Shown here piece by piece: positions 9,950 to 20,766 of a stretch of 64,000 bases of DNA. The translations under genes were made by a program, and so were the position numbers. Within the stretch, counting starts at the first letter, position 1, and each line of letters opens with the position of its first letter. Under the pieces are notes generated by a model. That model made no database searches. It was not told where the DNA came from and saw only the letters and a list, made by a program, of their open reading frames with translations. The DNA is from Desulfatiglandales bacterium (GTDB lineage Bacteria > Desulfobacterota > DSM-4660 > Desulfatiglandales > HGW-15): positions 3,776,001 through 3,840,000 of the forward strand of contig CAXXJJ010000004.1 of assembly GCA_963667015.2 (NCBI GenBank), in the 5' to 3' direction.

Positions 9950-11390
9950 ATTTTTCCATCCTCCTGTACAGGGCGGCGCGTGTTAAACCCAAATCTTTTG
10001 CCGCCTTGCTTATTACATAACGGTTTTTCCTGAGGGCCTCGAGAATCGTTTTATATTCAAGGCGTTCAAGGTTCAGATCATTTTTATCTGATACCCCGGA
10101 AACTGGTGATTCATCAATATCAGTTGCGCCTTCCTTTTGTTCAGGAGGCACAGGTTCAGACGAAACATATTTTCCGGAGCTAATGTACTGGTTTTCGAGC
10201 TGAAAATCCTCAGGGATCAGATATTTCTCCCTTGAAAGGATAACTGCACGTTCAACCGCGTGCCTTAATGCCCTGACATTCCCGGGCCACTGATAGCGTG
10301 CAAGGAGATCCATGGTTTCCGGGCTGACCTGTTTTTCGGGTTTTGAGTACTTATTGCAGTAAAAGGTAACATAGTGGTTTACAATGTCCGCAATATCACC
10401 TGGACGCTCCCGAAGGGGCGGGAGGTTAATTTCTACCGTGTTAAGCCTGAAGAGCAGGTCCTGGCGAAAGTGTTTAGGATCACCAAGCTCTTCACGCGGC
10501 ATGTTTGTAGCTGCAATAATACGCACATCAACCGGGGAAGATGTGCGTGAACCGACCTGTGACACTTCTCTTTTTTCAAGGACTGACAGTAACTTTACCT
10601 GCAAATGCAAAGGTATGTTACCAATTTCATCAAGAAACAGGCTGCCGCCATTGGCGGCCTCTATGTATCCAATGCGGTCTTCCTTTGCATCGGTAAATGC
10701 CCCTTTTTTATGACCGAAGAGTTCCGACTCAAACAGGGTCTCGGAGATTGAGCCAAGGTCTACCGGGATAAAAACCTGATCACTTCGTTTTGACTGGCGA
10801 TGGATTTCCCGTGCTATCAATTCCTTGCCTGTACCGTTTTCTCCAAGGATAAGCACATTGGCATCAGTAGGAGCAGCCCTTCCTACAAGTGACAGCAGAT
10901 TTTTCATTGCCGGGCTGCTGCCGATGATGTTCTGTCTTTTGTGGCCGGTCACCTCACTCAAAACACGGTTACTCTTGCGCAGCCTTGATGCCTCACTACG
11001 GCTCTGCCTTAATTGCAGTGATGCAGATATGGTTGCAAGGAGCCGTTGATTATCCCATGGCTTAACAACATAATCTGCGGCCCCGAGTTTCATGGCCTCG
11101 ACTGCTGCGTTAAGGCTGCCGTGGGCGGTAATCATTACCACGACAGCCTCAGGATCGATTTCTTTGATTTTCTCCAGCCACTTCATTCCCATCTTTCCGT
11201 CAGACTCCCCCGGATGAAAATTCATATCCAGCAGAATCACATCGAAATTATCTTTTTTCATCAGACCGGGAATGTCTTCCGGATTTTCACAGGTAATGAC
11301 TGACTGGTAATGCCTTTCCAGAAGATAGCGGGCAGAAATCAAAATATCCGGATTATCATCAACAACCAGTATTTTTTCTTTATTCATCAT
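9939..11390 (-). CDS. sigma54-dependent (NtrC-family) response regulator
   Basis: REC domain, GENGTGKE Walker A, GAFTDA loop, WPGNVRAL, Fis HTH. The track's extension to 11471 runs into a repeat. Confidence 0.93.
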   Translation of the reverse strand: MMNKEKILVVDDNPDILISARYLLERHYQSVITCENPEDIPGLMKKDNFDVILLDMNFHPGESDGKMGMKWLEKIKEIDPEAVVVMITAHGSLNAAVEAMKLGAADYVVKPWDNQRLLATISASLQLRQSRSEASRLRKSNRVLSEVTGHKRQNIIGSSPAMKNLLSLVGRAAPTDANVLILGENGTGKELIAREIHRQSKRSDQVFIPVDLGSISETLFESELFGHKKGAFTDAKEDRIGYIEAANGGSLFLDEIGNIPLHLQVKLLSVLEKREVSQVGSRTSSPVDVRIIAATNMPREELGDPKHFRQDLLFRLNTVEINLPPLRERPGDIADIVNHYVTFYCNKYSKPEKQVSPETMDLLARYQWPGNVRALRHAVERAVILSREKYLIPEDFQLENQYISSGKYVSSEPVPPEQKEGATDIDESPVSGVSDKNDLNLERLEYKTILEALRKNRYVISKAAKDLGLTRAALYRRMEKYGI

Positions 11391-11436
11391 CAATGTCCAA
11401 AATGAAAAGATTTGATAGTTTTTCAGGTAAAAATTG

Positions 11437-11618
11437 AACCGCAAAGACGCAAAGGTCGCTAAGAAAGACAAAAGTAAAAAACGATTTGTTATTTAAAAAC
11501 ATAAAAAGTCTTTCTCCGTGTCCTTCGTGCTCTCTGTGGTGAATACGTTTTTAAGCCTTTGCCTTGGCTTTTAGTTAAAAAAAATGTTTTTCTTAGCGTT
11601 CTTTGCGTCTTCGCGGTT
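11437..11618. repeat. AACCGCAAAG-type inverted-repeat element (MITE/REP-like) with nested half-site
   Basis: AACCGCAAAGACGCAAAGGTCGCTAAGAAA ... TTTCTTAGCGTTCTTTGCGTCTTCGCGGTT; nested CTCCGTGTCCTTCGTGCTCTCTGTGGT at ~11514-11540. Confidence 0.75.
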
Positions 11619-11658
11619 CAGCTTTGGCTTTTGTTTTTAGCTTATATTCTTTGAAGAG

Positions 11659-11697
11659 TGTTCGTTTTCGCACAAAAGAAATGTACGATATCGGACA
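11659..11697. promoter_or_regulatory. Tandem enhancer (UAS) sites for a sigma54 activator
   Basis: TGTTCGTTTTCGCACA (11659-11674) and TGTACGATATCGGACA (11682-11697), both TGT-N10-ACA. Confidence 0.7.
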
Positions 11698-11760
11698 TAA
11701 TAAATATCTTCAGCTTTGTCAATATCCCATTTAATTAATTAATTCATGCAGTTAACTTTT

Positions 11761-11776
11761 TGGCACGACCATTGCT
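11761..11776 (+). promoter_or_regulatory. sigma54 (-24/-12) promoter of the exporter operon
   Basis: TGGCACGACCATTGCT = GG-N10-GC consensus. Confidence 0.85.
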
Positions 11777-11841
11777 CTAAAAGAAAAGTACTACTTAACA
11801 TCAAGCCTTATAAAATTATTAGAATCAGAGAGAAAATAAAA

Positions 11842-12051
11842 ATGAATCTTTGGACAATGGTTGTATTTATTGTAGCTATCTGTGTAATCGGCGACATTAT
11901 TAAATCACGGAATAATAATCGTACAAATAAATCTGCAACACCTGATGAGAATATATCAATGGTGTTGGCCGGCTTAAAAAAACGTGTTGAGAATCTGGAA
12001 ACAATAGTTCTTGAAAAAGAAAGAAACAGGCGTTTTGCCGGGTTGGACTAA
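11842..12051 (+). CDS. Small single-TM protein with PspB-like C-terminus
   Basis: MNLWTMVVFIVAICVIG...LKKRVENLETIV; first ORF after the sigma54 promoter. Confidence 0.65.
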   Translation: MNLWTMVVFIVAICVIGDIIKSRNNNRTNKSATPDENISMVLAGLKKRVENLETIVLEKERNRRFAGLD

Positions 12052-12060
12052 CATGAAACG

Positions 12061-12086
12061 ATAGGGGCACGGCGCACCGTGCCCTT
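12061..12086. repeat. REP-like palindrome
   Basis: ATAGGGGCACGG-CGCA-CCGTGCCCTT, resembling GTAG-family REPs. Confidence 0.55.
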
Positions 12087-12114
12087 AAAAATAATATCGA
12101 GAGGCCATTAAAAA

Positions 12115-13470
12115 ATGCTAAGCCAAAATAAAATCGCCAGGGATGAACAAAACACAAACCAGGGACATCTTAAAACTCAGGTAAGAGCCCTGGCAGGCTC
12201 CGGTGCTGCAATGGATGAAAAGATCAAAAATACCGGGAAAAAATGGAAATACATTTCTATGGCTGTAGGGGCAATAATAATTATTTCTGCAGCAGTATGG
12301 TCCATCATGAGCCTCAAAGGAGACCGCAGTTTCAGGGTAGCGGCAGACACCCTCACGATCTCTACTGTTACGACAGGTACATTCGAAGACTACATACCCA
12401 TAAGGGGCAGGATTGTCCCGCGCACTACTGTCTTTCTGGATGCCATAGAAGGCGGCAGGGTTGACAACGTTTATGTTGAAGACGGGGATATACTTAAAAA
12501 GGGAGACCTAATAATAAGCCTTTCAAACAGTACCCTGCAGTTAAATGTAACTAACGCCGAGGCACAGGTAGCAGAACAGTTAAACAATATGCGCACAACA
12601 GAGCTTTCCCTGGAACAGAATCGATTGAACAATAAGCGGAGCATCCTTGAAATTAGACACCAGATAGAAAACCTGAAAAGAGACCTGGAAGCAGACCGAC
12701 AGCTCGGAGAAGAGGGATTCATAAGTAAACGTGAATTGCTTGATAAGGAAAAAGAGCTGGTTTATCAGCAGGACCGCCTTGCGCTTCTGCTTGAAAGTCA
12801 GGAATCGGATGAAAGGCTGCAGAAACAGCAGCTCGTAGCACAGAAAGATACCAGCGAACGGCTCGAAAAAAACCTGACAGTAGCAAGGAAAAATCTTGAT
12901 GATCTCAATGTTAGAGCACCAATCGCAGGCAAGCTTTCCGGCTTTGACTCAGAAGTGGGGCAGAACATAATGCCGGGAGGTCGCCTCGGACAGATCGATA
13001 TACCGGACCAGTTCAAACTCCAGGCCGACATTGATGAATTCTACATAAACCGTGTGGACATAGGTCAGTCGGCTAATTACCAGAACAATGGTAAAAGTTA
13101 TCCGGCAAAAGTCAAAAAAATATATCCCCAGGTTAATAATGGCCAGTTCCAGGTGGACATTCAGTTTACAGAGAGCCAGCCTCCTGAGTTAAGGCGCGGG
13201 CAGACCCTCCAGGCAAAGCTCACACTGGGCGATGAATCAGAGGCAATACTCATTCCCAATGGTTCCTTCTATCAGGACACAGGCGGCAACTGGATATTTG
13301 TAACAACTCCTGACGGTGCCGAAGCAGTGAAGCGCAACATTGTACTTGGAAGAAGAAACAGTTCATATATAGAAGTACTTGAGGGACTGGAGCCCGGAGA
13401 ACTGGTAGTGACATCATCTTACAGCGGATATGAAGAGATAGATAGGTTGAAGATAAAAAACAATGATTAA
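12115..13470 (+). CDS. Efflux transporter periplasmic adaptor (MacA/HlyD-like)
   Basis: TM anchor, EGGRV..VYVEDGD.LKKGD lipoyl half, coiled coil, VRAPIAG, IEVLEGLEPGE.VV. Confidence 0.92.
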   Translation: MLSQNKIARDEQNTNQGHLKTQVRALAGSGAAMDEKIKNTGKKWKYISMAVGAIIIISAAVWSIMSLKGDRSFRVAADTLTISTVTTGTFEDYIPIRGRIVPRTTVFLDAIEGGRVDNVYVEDGDILKKGDLIISLSNSTLQLNVTNAEAQVAEQLNNMRTTELSLEQNRLNNKRSILEIRHQIENLKRDLEADRQLGEEGFISKRELLDKEKELVYQQDRLALLLESQESDERLQKQQLVAQKDTSERLEKNLTVARKNLDDLNVRAPIAGKLSGFDSEVGQNIMPGGRLGQIDIPDQFKLQADIDEFYINRVDIGQSANYQNNGKSYPAKVKKIYPQVNNGQFQVDIQFTESQPPELRRGQTLQAKLTLGDESEAILIPNGSFYQDTGGNWIFVTTPDGAEAVKRNIVLGRRNSSYIEVLEGLEPGELVVTSSYSGYEEIDRLKIKNND

Positions 13471-13477
13471 AAACATG

Positions 13478-13783
13478 TCTCTCACAGAGCTCGCAGAGGC
13501 CGCAGAGAATGACAAAAGCAATTTTTTTAATAAAACAAAAAACTAAAAACATATTTACCACAGAGGACACGGAGAATCACTGCAAAAGACAAAAGCTATA
13601 ACTCTTGCTCTAGCTCATACTCTTAATCTTACTCTGTATTTAAAAACATATTTACCCACCGCCGTCGCATAAAGCTATGGCGGGACAGGCGAAAAAAACA
13701 AAAACGATTTTTTTAATAAATACAAAAACAATAAAAAGCTTTTCTCTGCGCTCTCTGCGGGCTCTAGCGAAGCGGGCGAGAGA
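13478..13783. repeat. Composite nested inverted-repeat element
   Basis: CTCACAGAGCTCGCAGAGGCCGCAGAGAA...TTCTCTGCGCTCTCTGCGGGCTCT..GCGAGAG enclosing other repeat families and a hexamer-periodic tract (13601-13635). Confidence 0.7.
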
Positions 13784-13830
13784 TAATAAAACAGATTACA
13801 CAGATATCAACAATAACAAGGAGAACCTAA

Positions 13831-14544
13831 ATGTTAAAAATGCACGGAATCACAAAAGTCTACAGAACCACCGACATCCAGACCACCGCCTTAAACAACA
13901 TCAATCTTGAAGTAAACCGCGGAGAGTTTGTTGCCATTATGGGACCATCCGGTTGTGGAAAATCCACACTGCTCAATGTTATAGGCATGCTGGATAACCC
14001 AACAAAGGGAGATTATTATTTTAATGATGAAAACATTGCCGGTTATGATGAATCAAAGTTGTGTGACATAAGAAAACACAATATAGGTTTTATCTTCCAG
14101 TCTTTTAACCTTATTGATGAATTATCTGTCTTCCAGAATGTCGAACTTGCCCTCCTTTATCATAACATTCCCTCAAAAGAACGTCGGGAACGTGTAGAGG
14201 CTGTAATGGACAAGGTTGGAATTGCACACCGCGCAAAGCACATGCCAAGCCAGTTGTCCGGAGGTCAGCAGCAAAGGGTGGCAGTAGCCCGCGCTGTTGT
14301 AGGCAACCAGGCGCTTATACTTGCAGATGAGCCTACGGGTAATCTTGATTCCGCACACGGGCAGGAAGTTATGGAAATGCTTCAGCAGCTTAATGATGAG
14401 GGAACAACAATTATAATGGTAACCCACAGCCCGTCTCATGCGGACTTTGCCAAGCGTACAGTAAACCTGTTTGACGGATCGGTCGTTACACAGAGCAGAC
14501 GGGTTGATGAGTGTGTCCCGGAACAGAGAGTGAGTGCGGTGTAA
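13831..14544 (+). CDS. ABC exporter ATP-binding protein (MacB/LolD-like)
   Basis: GPSGCGKST, LSGGQQQRVA, ILADEPTGNLD, MVTH. Confidence 0.95.
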   Translation: MLKMHGITKVYRTTDIQTTALNNINLEVNRGEFVAIMGPSGCGKSTLLNVIGMLDNPTKGDYYFNDENIAGYDESKLCDIRKHNIGFIFQSFNLIDELSVFQNVELALLYHNIPSKERRERVEAVMDKVGIAHRAKHMPSQLSGGQQQRVAVARAVVGNQALILADEPTGNLDSAHGQEVMEMLQQLNDEGTTIIMVTHSPSHADFAKRTVNLFDGSVVTQSRRVDECVPEQRVSAV

Positions 14545-14550
14545 AACATG

Positions 14551-14776
14551 AACCGCAAAGGCGCAAAGGGCGCGAAGAAAAACATTTATAATTGTAAAAA
14601 CAAGTACAAAGGCGTCTTCTCAAAGAGCTGGAGTCTTTATTGATTCTGACTATGCCCTGTTAAATTCATGTCCATGACAGCGAAGCGTATTTATACATGG
14701 GGTTTTCTTTCAGAATCAATAAAAATAAACCCTTTGCGAACTTAGCGTCTTGAGAGAGCGCAGCGAACGGGCGGTT
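14551..14776. repeat. AACCGCAAAG-type inverted-repeat element
   Basis: Terminal IRs AACCGCAAAGGCGCAAAG / CTTTGCGAACTTAGCGTCTTG...GCGGTT; homologous to 20767-20988. Confidence 0.8.
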
Positions 14777-14807
14777 AATCTTTTTATCAATATGAGGAAA
14801 AGCCAAA

Positions 14808-17294
14808 ATGCTCAAAAACTACTTCACAATAGCAATAAACACTTTATTAAAAAACAAGCTCTACAGTGCGATCAATATCGCAGGTCTTACTATCGGCCTT
14901 GCAGCCTGCATTATCATTGCTCTGTATGTCAGGGATCAATATTCCTATGACAAGCAATGGAAAGATTCAGACAGGATATATCGGGTAAATTTTTCAGGGC
15001 AAAGGCCGGGAGAGGAGCGCATTAGGTCTTCTTTAACCCCTTTACCTGCGATGCAGGCACTGAAAGAATACTTCAAAGGCAATTTTGAACAGACAGCCAG
15101 GGCCTATGCCGGCGATTTTACCATTGACATAGGTTCTGACAGTTTTAAAAGCAGACTTACAAATGTAGATCCTGCCTTTATTGATATTTTCCAGTTAAAG
15201 GTCATCGCGGGAAGCCTGAAAGATACCCTCACAAGCAAAACCAATGTCGCATTAAGTGAGGAAACAGCAAAACGCCATTTTGGGAGTCAGTATCCCATTG
15301 GAAAAGTGATAACAGCACATATCCAAAATATCAAAGCCGATTACAAGGTAACCGCTGTATATCGCATCCCGGGAAATTCAGTTCTTGATGATATACCAAT
15401 CATATCTCTTCTTGATGATACAACTATCCCTCAAGCAATGAGTCACTGGTTTAATTGGGCTTGCCAAACATATATCAAACTGAAGGCAGGCGTTAATATT
15501 GATACCATGAAACCTCTCCTGCCTGCATTAATAGACCGGAATATCGATGTTTCAAAATTCTATTCTGATCCCAACGTGAAAGCCAGTAATTTTATATCAA
15601 TGGATTTTCAGAGACTGGATACTGCACATCTTGATACCCCCTGGGATGTAAGAAGAGCCGGCGGGAACAAGATAGTGGTTATGTCTTTTGCAGGCATATC
15701 TCTGCTTGTTCTTTTGATCGGCTGTATCAACTTCACAATTCTTGCTACCGCAAAGGCCACACAACGGGCAAGAGAAGTTGCCATGAGAAAGGTTGTAGGG
15801 GCAAAGCGAAAACAACTGATTGTTCAGTTTATTGGCGAATCTATATTTATTGTATTTCTGTCCATGATACTGTCCATAGGTGTGGTTGAAATAATGCTCC
15901 CTGCATTCGAATCCATAGTGGGCAAATCCTTTCCATTGTATTACTCCTCACCATCAACCTTTCTGCCTTTACTGGCCCTGCTCCTTATTGTGGGCATAAG
16001 CGGCGGCCTGTATCCCGCATTTATTCTTTCCGGCTTCAGGCCCGGAGATACCCTCAAGGCGAATCAGTCAAAGGAAACCCGCGGTTCTATGTCTCTCAGG
16101 AATGTGCTCGTAGTATTTCAGTTCTGTATCTCTATTATCCTGATTGTTTCCACTGGTGTTATTTACACCCAGATGCAATACAGCATGAATCGTGATCCCG
16201 GTTATAATAAGGATAATCTCCTCGTCATCAATGGTTTTGGTTCGGATAAAAAAATACAAGCGAAGATTGAAGTTCTTAAACAGGAACTGTTATCCCTTGC
16301 AGATGTTTCATCGGTGGGGTTATCGCAGGTTCAACCCAGCCAACAGTATCAGAACAATATTGTCTGTACAAAGCAAGGTCATCCGGAAACCACTTATATT
16401 GAGCCAGTAGTGGGTATCGGTTATGATTATTTTAAGACCTACCGGATCCCCATTGTAGCGGGCAGGGATTATTCTATTGACCGTGATATCCCCGATCCAA
16501 AATTTGATATAATGACATCTACTATAAACAAAAATGAAGCAAAAGAGCTGATTCATAGAAGTGTAATCATTAATGAAAACGCTGCCAGAGCATTGGGTTT
16601 TACAAGTCCGGAAGAGGCCGTTGGAAATATCCTTAATTCTACTACCTACAATAATATGAGTTACACGATTATCGGTGTTGCTTCTGATAATCAAATATTC
16701 AGTATAAAGGCTCTGCCAAGAGCGGAAGTGTATCCTCTTCTTCAACCAGACGAGGCCTATGTAGTGACCATTCGTTTTAAGGGCTCCCCCAAAAAGATAT
16801 TAAAGGAGGTTAACAGCATCTGTGAAAGAGTGGTAGGGAAGGAGAAGATATCAACTGTTTTTGTTGACCAGCTTATCGCAAAGGAGTTTCAGCAGGAGAA
16901 AGCAGAACAGAATATCATTATCAGCTTTTCCATACTTGCGATTCTTATTGCCTGCATGGGATTGTTCGGCTCAGCTTCATTCACAGTGGAACGTCGTACC
17001 AAAGAGATAGGTCTGCGCAAGATAATGGGTGCAAAAGTAAAAAACATTGTCAGCCTGCTTCTCTGGCAGTTTTCAAAGCCTGTGCTTATAGCAACCATTA
17101 TTGCCTGGCCTGTTGCCATATTTGCCATGCAGTACTGGTTGGAACGGTTCACCTATCGGTTTAATTCATTGTTGATGATTCCCATATGCCTTGTTTCAGG
17201 ATTGATCGCTCTGGTTATTGCATGGTTTACAGTAGCAGGAAATACAACACGGGTTGCAAAGAGTAAACCGATTAAGGCGCTGAGGTATGAATAA
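14808..17294 (+). CDS. MacB/FtsX-type ABC exporter permease, paralog 1
   Basis: MLKNYF..., RAREVAMRKVVGA, RTKEIGLRK.MGA, C-terminal PIKALRYE. Confidence 0.93.
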   Translation: MLKNYFTIAINTLLKNKLYSAINIAGLTIGLAACIIIALYVRDQYSYDKQWKDSDRIYRVNFSGQRPGEERIRSSLTPLPAMQALKEYFKGNFEQTARAYAGDFTIDIGSDSFKSRLTNVDPAFIDIFQLKVIAGSLKDTLTSKTNVALSEETAKRHFGSQYPIGKVITAHIQNIKADYKVTAVYRIPGNSVLDDIPIISLLDDTTIPQAMSHWFNWACQTYIKLKAGVNIDTMKPLLPALIDRNIDVSKFYSDPNVKASNFISMDFQRLDTAHLDTPWDVRRAGGNKIVVMSFAGISLLVLLIGCINFTILATAKATQRAREVAMRKVVGAKRKQLIVQFIGESIFIVFLSMILSIGVVEIMLPAFESIVGKSFPLYYSSPSTFLPLLALLLIVGISGGLYPAFILSGFRPGDTLKANQSKETRGSMSLRNVLVVFQFCISIILIVSTGVIYTQMQYSMNRDPGYNKDNLLVINGFGSDKKIQAKIEVLKQELLSLADVSSVGLSQVQPSQQYQNNIVCTKQGHPETTYIEPVVGIGYDYFKTYRIPIVAGRDYSIDRDIPDPKFDIMTSTINKNEAKELIHRSVIINENAARALGFTSPEEAVGNILNSTTYNNMSYTIIGVASDNQIFSIKALPRAEVYPLLQPDEAYVVTIRFKGSPKKILKEVNSICERVVGKEKISTVFVDQLIAKEFQQEKAEQNIIISFSILAILIACMGLFGSASFTVERRTKEIGLRKIMGAKVKNIVSLLLWQFSKPVLIATIIAWPVAIFAMQYWLERFTYRFNSLLMIPICLVSGLIALVIAWFTVAGNTTRVAKSKPIKALRYE

Positions 17295-17574
17295 AAGAAA
17301 GGTTTACCCTGTTAAATAGTTTTGAGTATTTAACTACTCAAATCTTACCTTGAGATAAAAAGTATACTCTTTGATAGATATTTTATCTTTAGAACAATAG
17401 AGCCTAAATGAAATTACATCACGCTAACTCTCAAGGTATTTAACAGGGTGAAGGTATAAGGTTTGCGGTTCAAGGTTAAAAACCTGAATACCACGTCATA
17501 CCAGTGTAGGTATGCTGTCATTCCGCGACTTGATCACGGAATCCAGAAACTTAACTGAAAATAAGGAGCATACT

Positions 17575-18057
17575 ATGAAGAGGTTCATAATTTTAATCAT
17601 CATCCTGCTAGCACTTGTTCCATGTTCATTTGCTGTCGATAATTTCAAAAACTCGAGCAAGGCTGAATCCGAAAAGCAGAAAGCTCCTCCACCGGATAAT
17701 GTTGCATATGTAAAACCAACCGATGATGTACCTAAGAACATTCAAAATCTCATAGGTAAGTGGGAAGGTGACTGGGGTGGCAAGTTAAACTCATATATGA
17801 TTTTTGAAGAGGTCACGGCAGATTCGGCGCGCATGATTTTCGGAATTGGCCCCCAGCCCACAATCGGAGACACAAAAGGCCAATACACTCGTTATACTGT
17901 GACCCTTGTGTCTTCTGATAACAGATCCGGTATTTATTTTGAGTTTGCCAAAAAAAAATGCTCATTGTCAGCTGACGGTAGAACAATTAACGCTGTATAT
18001 AACGGCCAGACATCGATCTCTATGAATAAAACCGAAAATCCTTTCACTAATAACTGA
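17575..18057 (+). CDS. Secreted hypothetical protein inserted in the permease array
   Basis: AAGGAG RBS; signal peptide MKRFIILIIILLALVPCSFA; LIGKWEGDWGG. Confidence 0.7.
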   Translation: MKRFIILIIILLALVPCSFAVDNFKNSSKAESEKQKAPPPDNVAYVKPTDDVPKNIQNLIGKWEGDWGGKLNSYMIFEEVTADSARMIFGIGPQPTIGDTKGQYTRYTVTLVSSDNRSGIYFEFAKKKCSLSADGRTINAVYNGQTSISMNKTENPFTNN

Positions 18058-18256
18058 AAGATTAATTATGAATAAAAGGAAAATTAACTGGGATACTGGA
18101 TACTCGATGCTGGCCAAAAACAATAAATTTGAGACAAGCATCAAGTTTTAAACATCCTGTATCCAGATACAAGTATCTAGCATCGTTTAATAACAGGTAA
18201 GAACTTTATATAAAGACATGAGTAGATTACAGACAAGGAACACTTAGAGGCATGCC

Positions 18257-20758
18257 ATGCTAAAAAACTACTTCACAATAGCATTAAACAATCTGATCAA
18301 AAACAAGCTTTACAGTTTCATAAATATCGCCGGCCTTGCAATAGGGCTGGCGGCGTGCATTGTCATCGCTCTGTATGTCAGCGACCAATATTCCTATGAC
18401 AAGCAATGGAAAAATTCAGACAGGATGTATCGAGTAAATACTTCGGTAGAATTGCCGGGAAGAGAGCCCATAAGAGCCGCTTTTGCCCCATTACTGGCAA
18501 TGCCTGCACTGGAAGAATACTTCAAGGATAAAATCGAGCAAAGCGCCCGGACCTTCGTGTACCCTATGATGATAATCGACACGGGAACCACCAGCTTTAA
18601 AGAAAGAAAGGTGAATGTCGATCCCTCCTTTATCGAGATGTTCCAGCTTAAAGTCCTTGCGGGAAGTCTGGAAGATACATTCACAAATATTACTAATATC
18701 GCATTAAGCGAGAAAATCGCCAGTCATCATTTCGGAAATCAGTATCCCATCGGAAAAGTGATAACCATAGGCTCCGGAAGTTTCAAAGCCGATTGCAAGG
18801 TGACTGCCGTATTCCGCATTCCTGGCAATACGGTTTTAGATGATATCCCCCTGTTAGGCCTGTTGGACGATACGATGCTTACCTCTGTCCAAAGAATGTG
18901 GGGCAGTATTAATACTGGCACATATTTTAAACTTAAAAAAGGGATTGATATTGAAACCCTAAAATCACTCACTCCCGCATTGATCGACCGGAATTTCGAT
19001 ATTTCCGGTTTCATGACCGATCCCGGCTTGAAGGCTAGTGATATCCTTTCACTGGATTTTCAAAAACTGGAAACAGCACACCTTGATTCGCCCTGGGACA
19101 CCTTTAGGGCGGGCGGGAACAAAGCAGTGGTGATGTCTTTTGCCGGAATATCACTGCTAGTCCTCCTGATCGGCTGCATCAACTTTACGATCCTCACTAC
19201 TGCAAAAGCCACACAGCGGGCCAGGGAAGTCGCCATGAGAAAAGTCGCGGGAGCGAAGAGAAAACAACTGTTTATACAGTTTATCGGCGAATCCACATTT
19301 ATTGTATTTCTGTCCATGATACTGTCCCTAGGTGTGGTTGAATTAATGCTCCCCGTATTTGAAACCATAGTGGGCAAATCCTTTTCATTGGATTACACTT
19401 CGCCGTCTACATTTCTGCCTTTGCTGACCCTGCTCCTTATTGTGGGCATAAGCGGCGGCCTGTATCCCGCATTTGTTCTTTCCAGCTTCAGGCCTGGAGA
19501 CACTTTAAAGGCGAATCAGTCGAAGGAGACCCGAGGTTCCATTTCTCTCAGGCAATTACTTGTAATATTCCAGTTCAGTGTATCCATCATTCTTATTATT
19601 TCCACGGGAGTAATTTATATACAGACGAAATACAGCATAAACCGTGACCCCGGCTATAATAAGGATAATTTGATAGTTATTAACAAGCTTGCAGGGAATG
19701 AAAAATTTATAGGCAAAATCGACCTTCTCAAACAGGAACTGTTAAACCTTGTCGATATCTCAGATGTAAGCGTATCGGAGTATCAACCTGGTCAGCAAGG
19801 TGAGACCGCTATGCCTTATACGCTTCCCGGACACCCGGAAACAACTTATTTGGAAGTTAGAACCTTTATTGATTGGGATTATTTCAAAACATACCAGATT
19901 CCCATTATCGCAGGAAGGGATTTCTCCATAGATCGCGATATTACCGAACCACAATGGAATATAAGGGCAGCCTCTTCCGACAGAAATGAGTCCAAGGAAC
20001 TTTTTGAAAGAAACACTATCATCAATGAAAGTGCAGTGAGAGAATTCGGTTTCACCGATGCAAAGGATGCTGTTGGAAAAGTCCTCAACTCAAACGTAAA
20101 CGGCAATGGTTTCAATATCAATATCAGTTACACAATTATCGGAGTAGTGGCAGATAATCACATGTTCAGCATAAGTGCTCCACCGAGAGCGGAAGTATAC
20201 CTGATTAATCCGTCAGCAGCCAATGTCATGACTGTTCGTTTTAAAGGACCTACTAAAGAAATATTAACACAGGTCAAATCGACCTGGAAAGACGTTACAG
20301 GCGATGAGGAAATATCCTATGTTTTTGTTGACCAGCTACTCGCAGAAGAATTTCAACAGGAACAGACAGAAATGAAAGTATTCATCAGCTTTTCTCTACT
20401 GGCTATTATTATTGCCTGCATGGGGCTGTACGGCTCCGCGTCCTTTATAGTAGATCGGCGTACCAAGGAGATAGGCCTGCGTAAGGTTATGGGGGCTAAG
20501 GTCAAAAATATAGTGAGTTTACTTCTCTGGCAGTTTTCCAAACCCGTTTTATTGGCAAACATTATCGCCTGGCCTGTTGCAATATTCGTCATGCAATACT
20601 GGCTTGATCGATTTACCTATCAATTTAATTCATTGTTGATGATTCCAATATGCCTGGTATCAGGGTTAATAGCGCTGGCTATTGCATGGTTTACAGTAGC
20701 AGGGAATACAACACGGGTGGCGAAGAGCAGGCCGATTAAGGCATTACGATATGAGTAG
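18257..20758 (+). CDS. MacB/FtsX-type ABC exporter permease, paralog 2
   Basis: Same architecture and termini as paralog 1. Confidence 0.93.
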   Translation: MLKNYFTIALNNLIKNKLYSFINIAGLAIGLAACIVIALYVSDQYSYDKQWKNSDRMYRVNTSVELPGREPIRAAFAPLLAMPALEEYFKDKIEQSARTFVYPMMIIDTGTTSFKERKVNVDPSFIEMFQLKVLAGSLEDTFTNITNIALSEKIASHHFGNQYPIGKVITIGSGSFKADCKVTAVFRIPGNTVLDDIPLLGLLDDTMLTSVQRMWGSINTGTYFKLKKGIDIETLKSLTPALIDRNFDISGFMTDPGLKASDILSLDFQKLETAHLDSPWDTFRAGGNKAVVMSFAGISLLVLLIGCINFTILTTAKATQRAREVAMRKVAGAKRKQLFIQFIGESTFIVFLSMILSLGVVELMLPVFETIVGKSFSLDYTSPSTFLPLLTLLLIVGISGGLYPAFVLSSFRPGDTLKANQSKETRGSISLRQLLVIFQFSVSIILIISTGVIYIQTKYSINRDPGYNKDNLIVINKLAGNEKFIGKIDLLKQELLNLVDISDVSVSEYQPGQQGETAMPYTLPGHPETTYLEVRTFIDWDYFKTYQIPIIAGRDFSIDRDITEPQWNIRAASSDRNESKELFERNTIINESAVREFGFTDAKDAVGKVLNSNVNGNGFNINISYTIIGVVADNHMFSISAPPRAEVYLINPSAANVMTVRFKGPTKEILTQVKSTWKDVTGDEEISYVFVDQLLAEEFQQEQTEMKVFISFSLLAIIIACMGLYGSASFIVDRRTKEIGLRKVMGAKVKNIVSLLLWQFSKPVLLANIIAWPVAIFVMQYWLDRFTYQFNSLLMIPICLVSGLIALAIAWFTVAGNTTRVAKSRPIKALRYE

Positions 20759-20766
20759 AAAATTTG

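Noticed and set aside
11391..11471. N-terminal extensions of track ORFs (9939..11471, 3172.., 17512.., 23571.., 6492..7136)
   Set aside because: They run through repeats or overlap neighbouring genes; downstream starts with an RBS and family-typical N-termini fit better.
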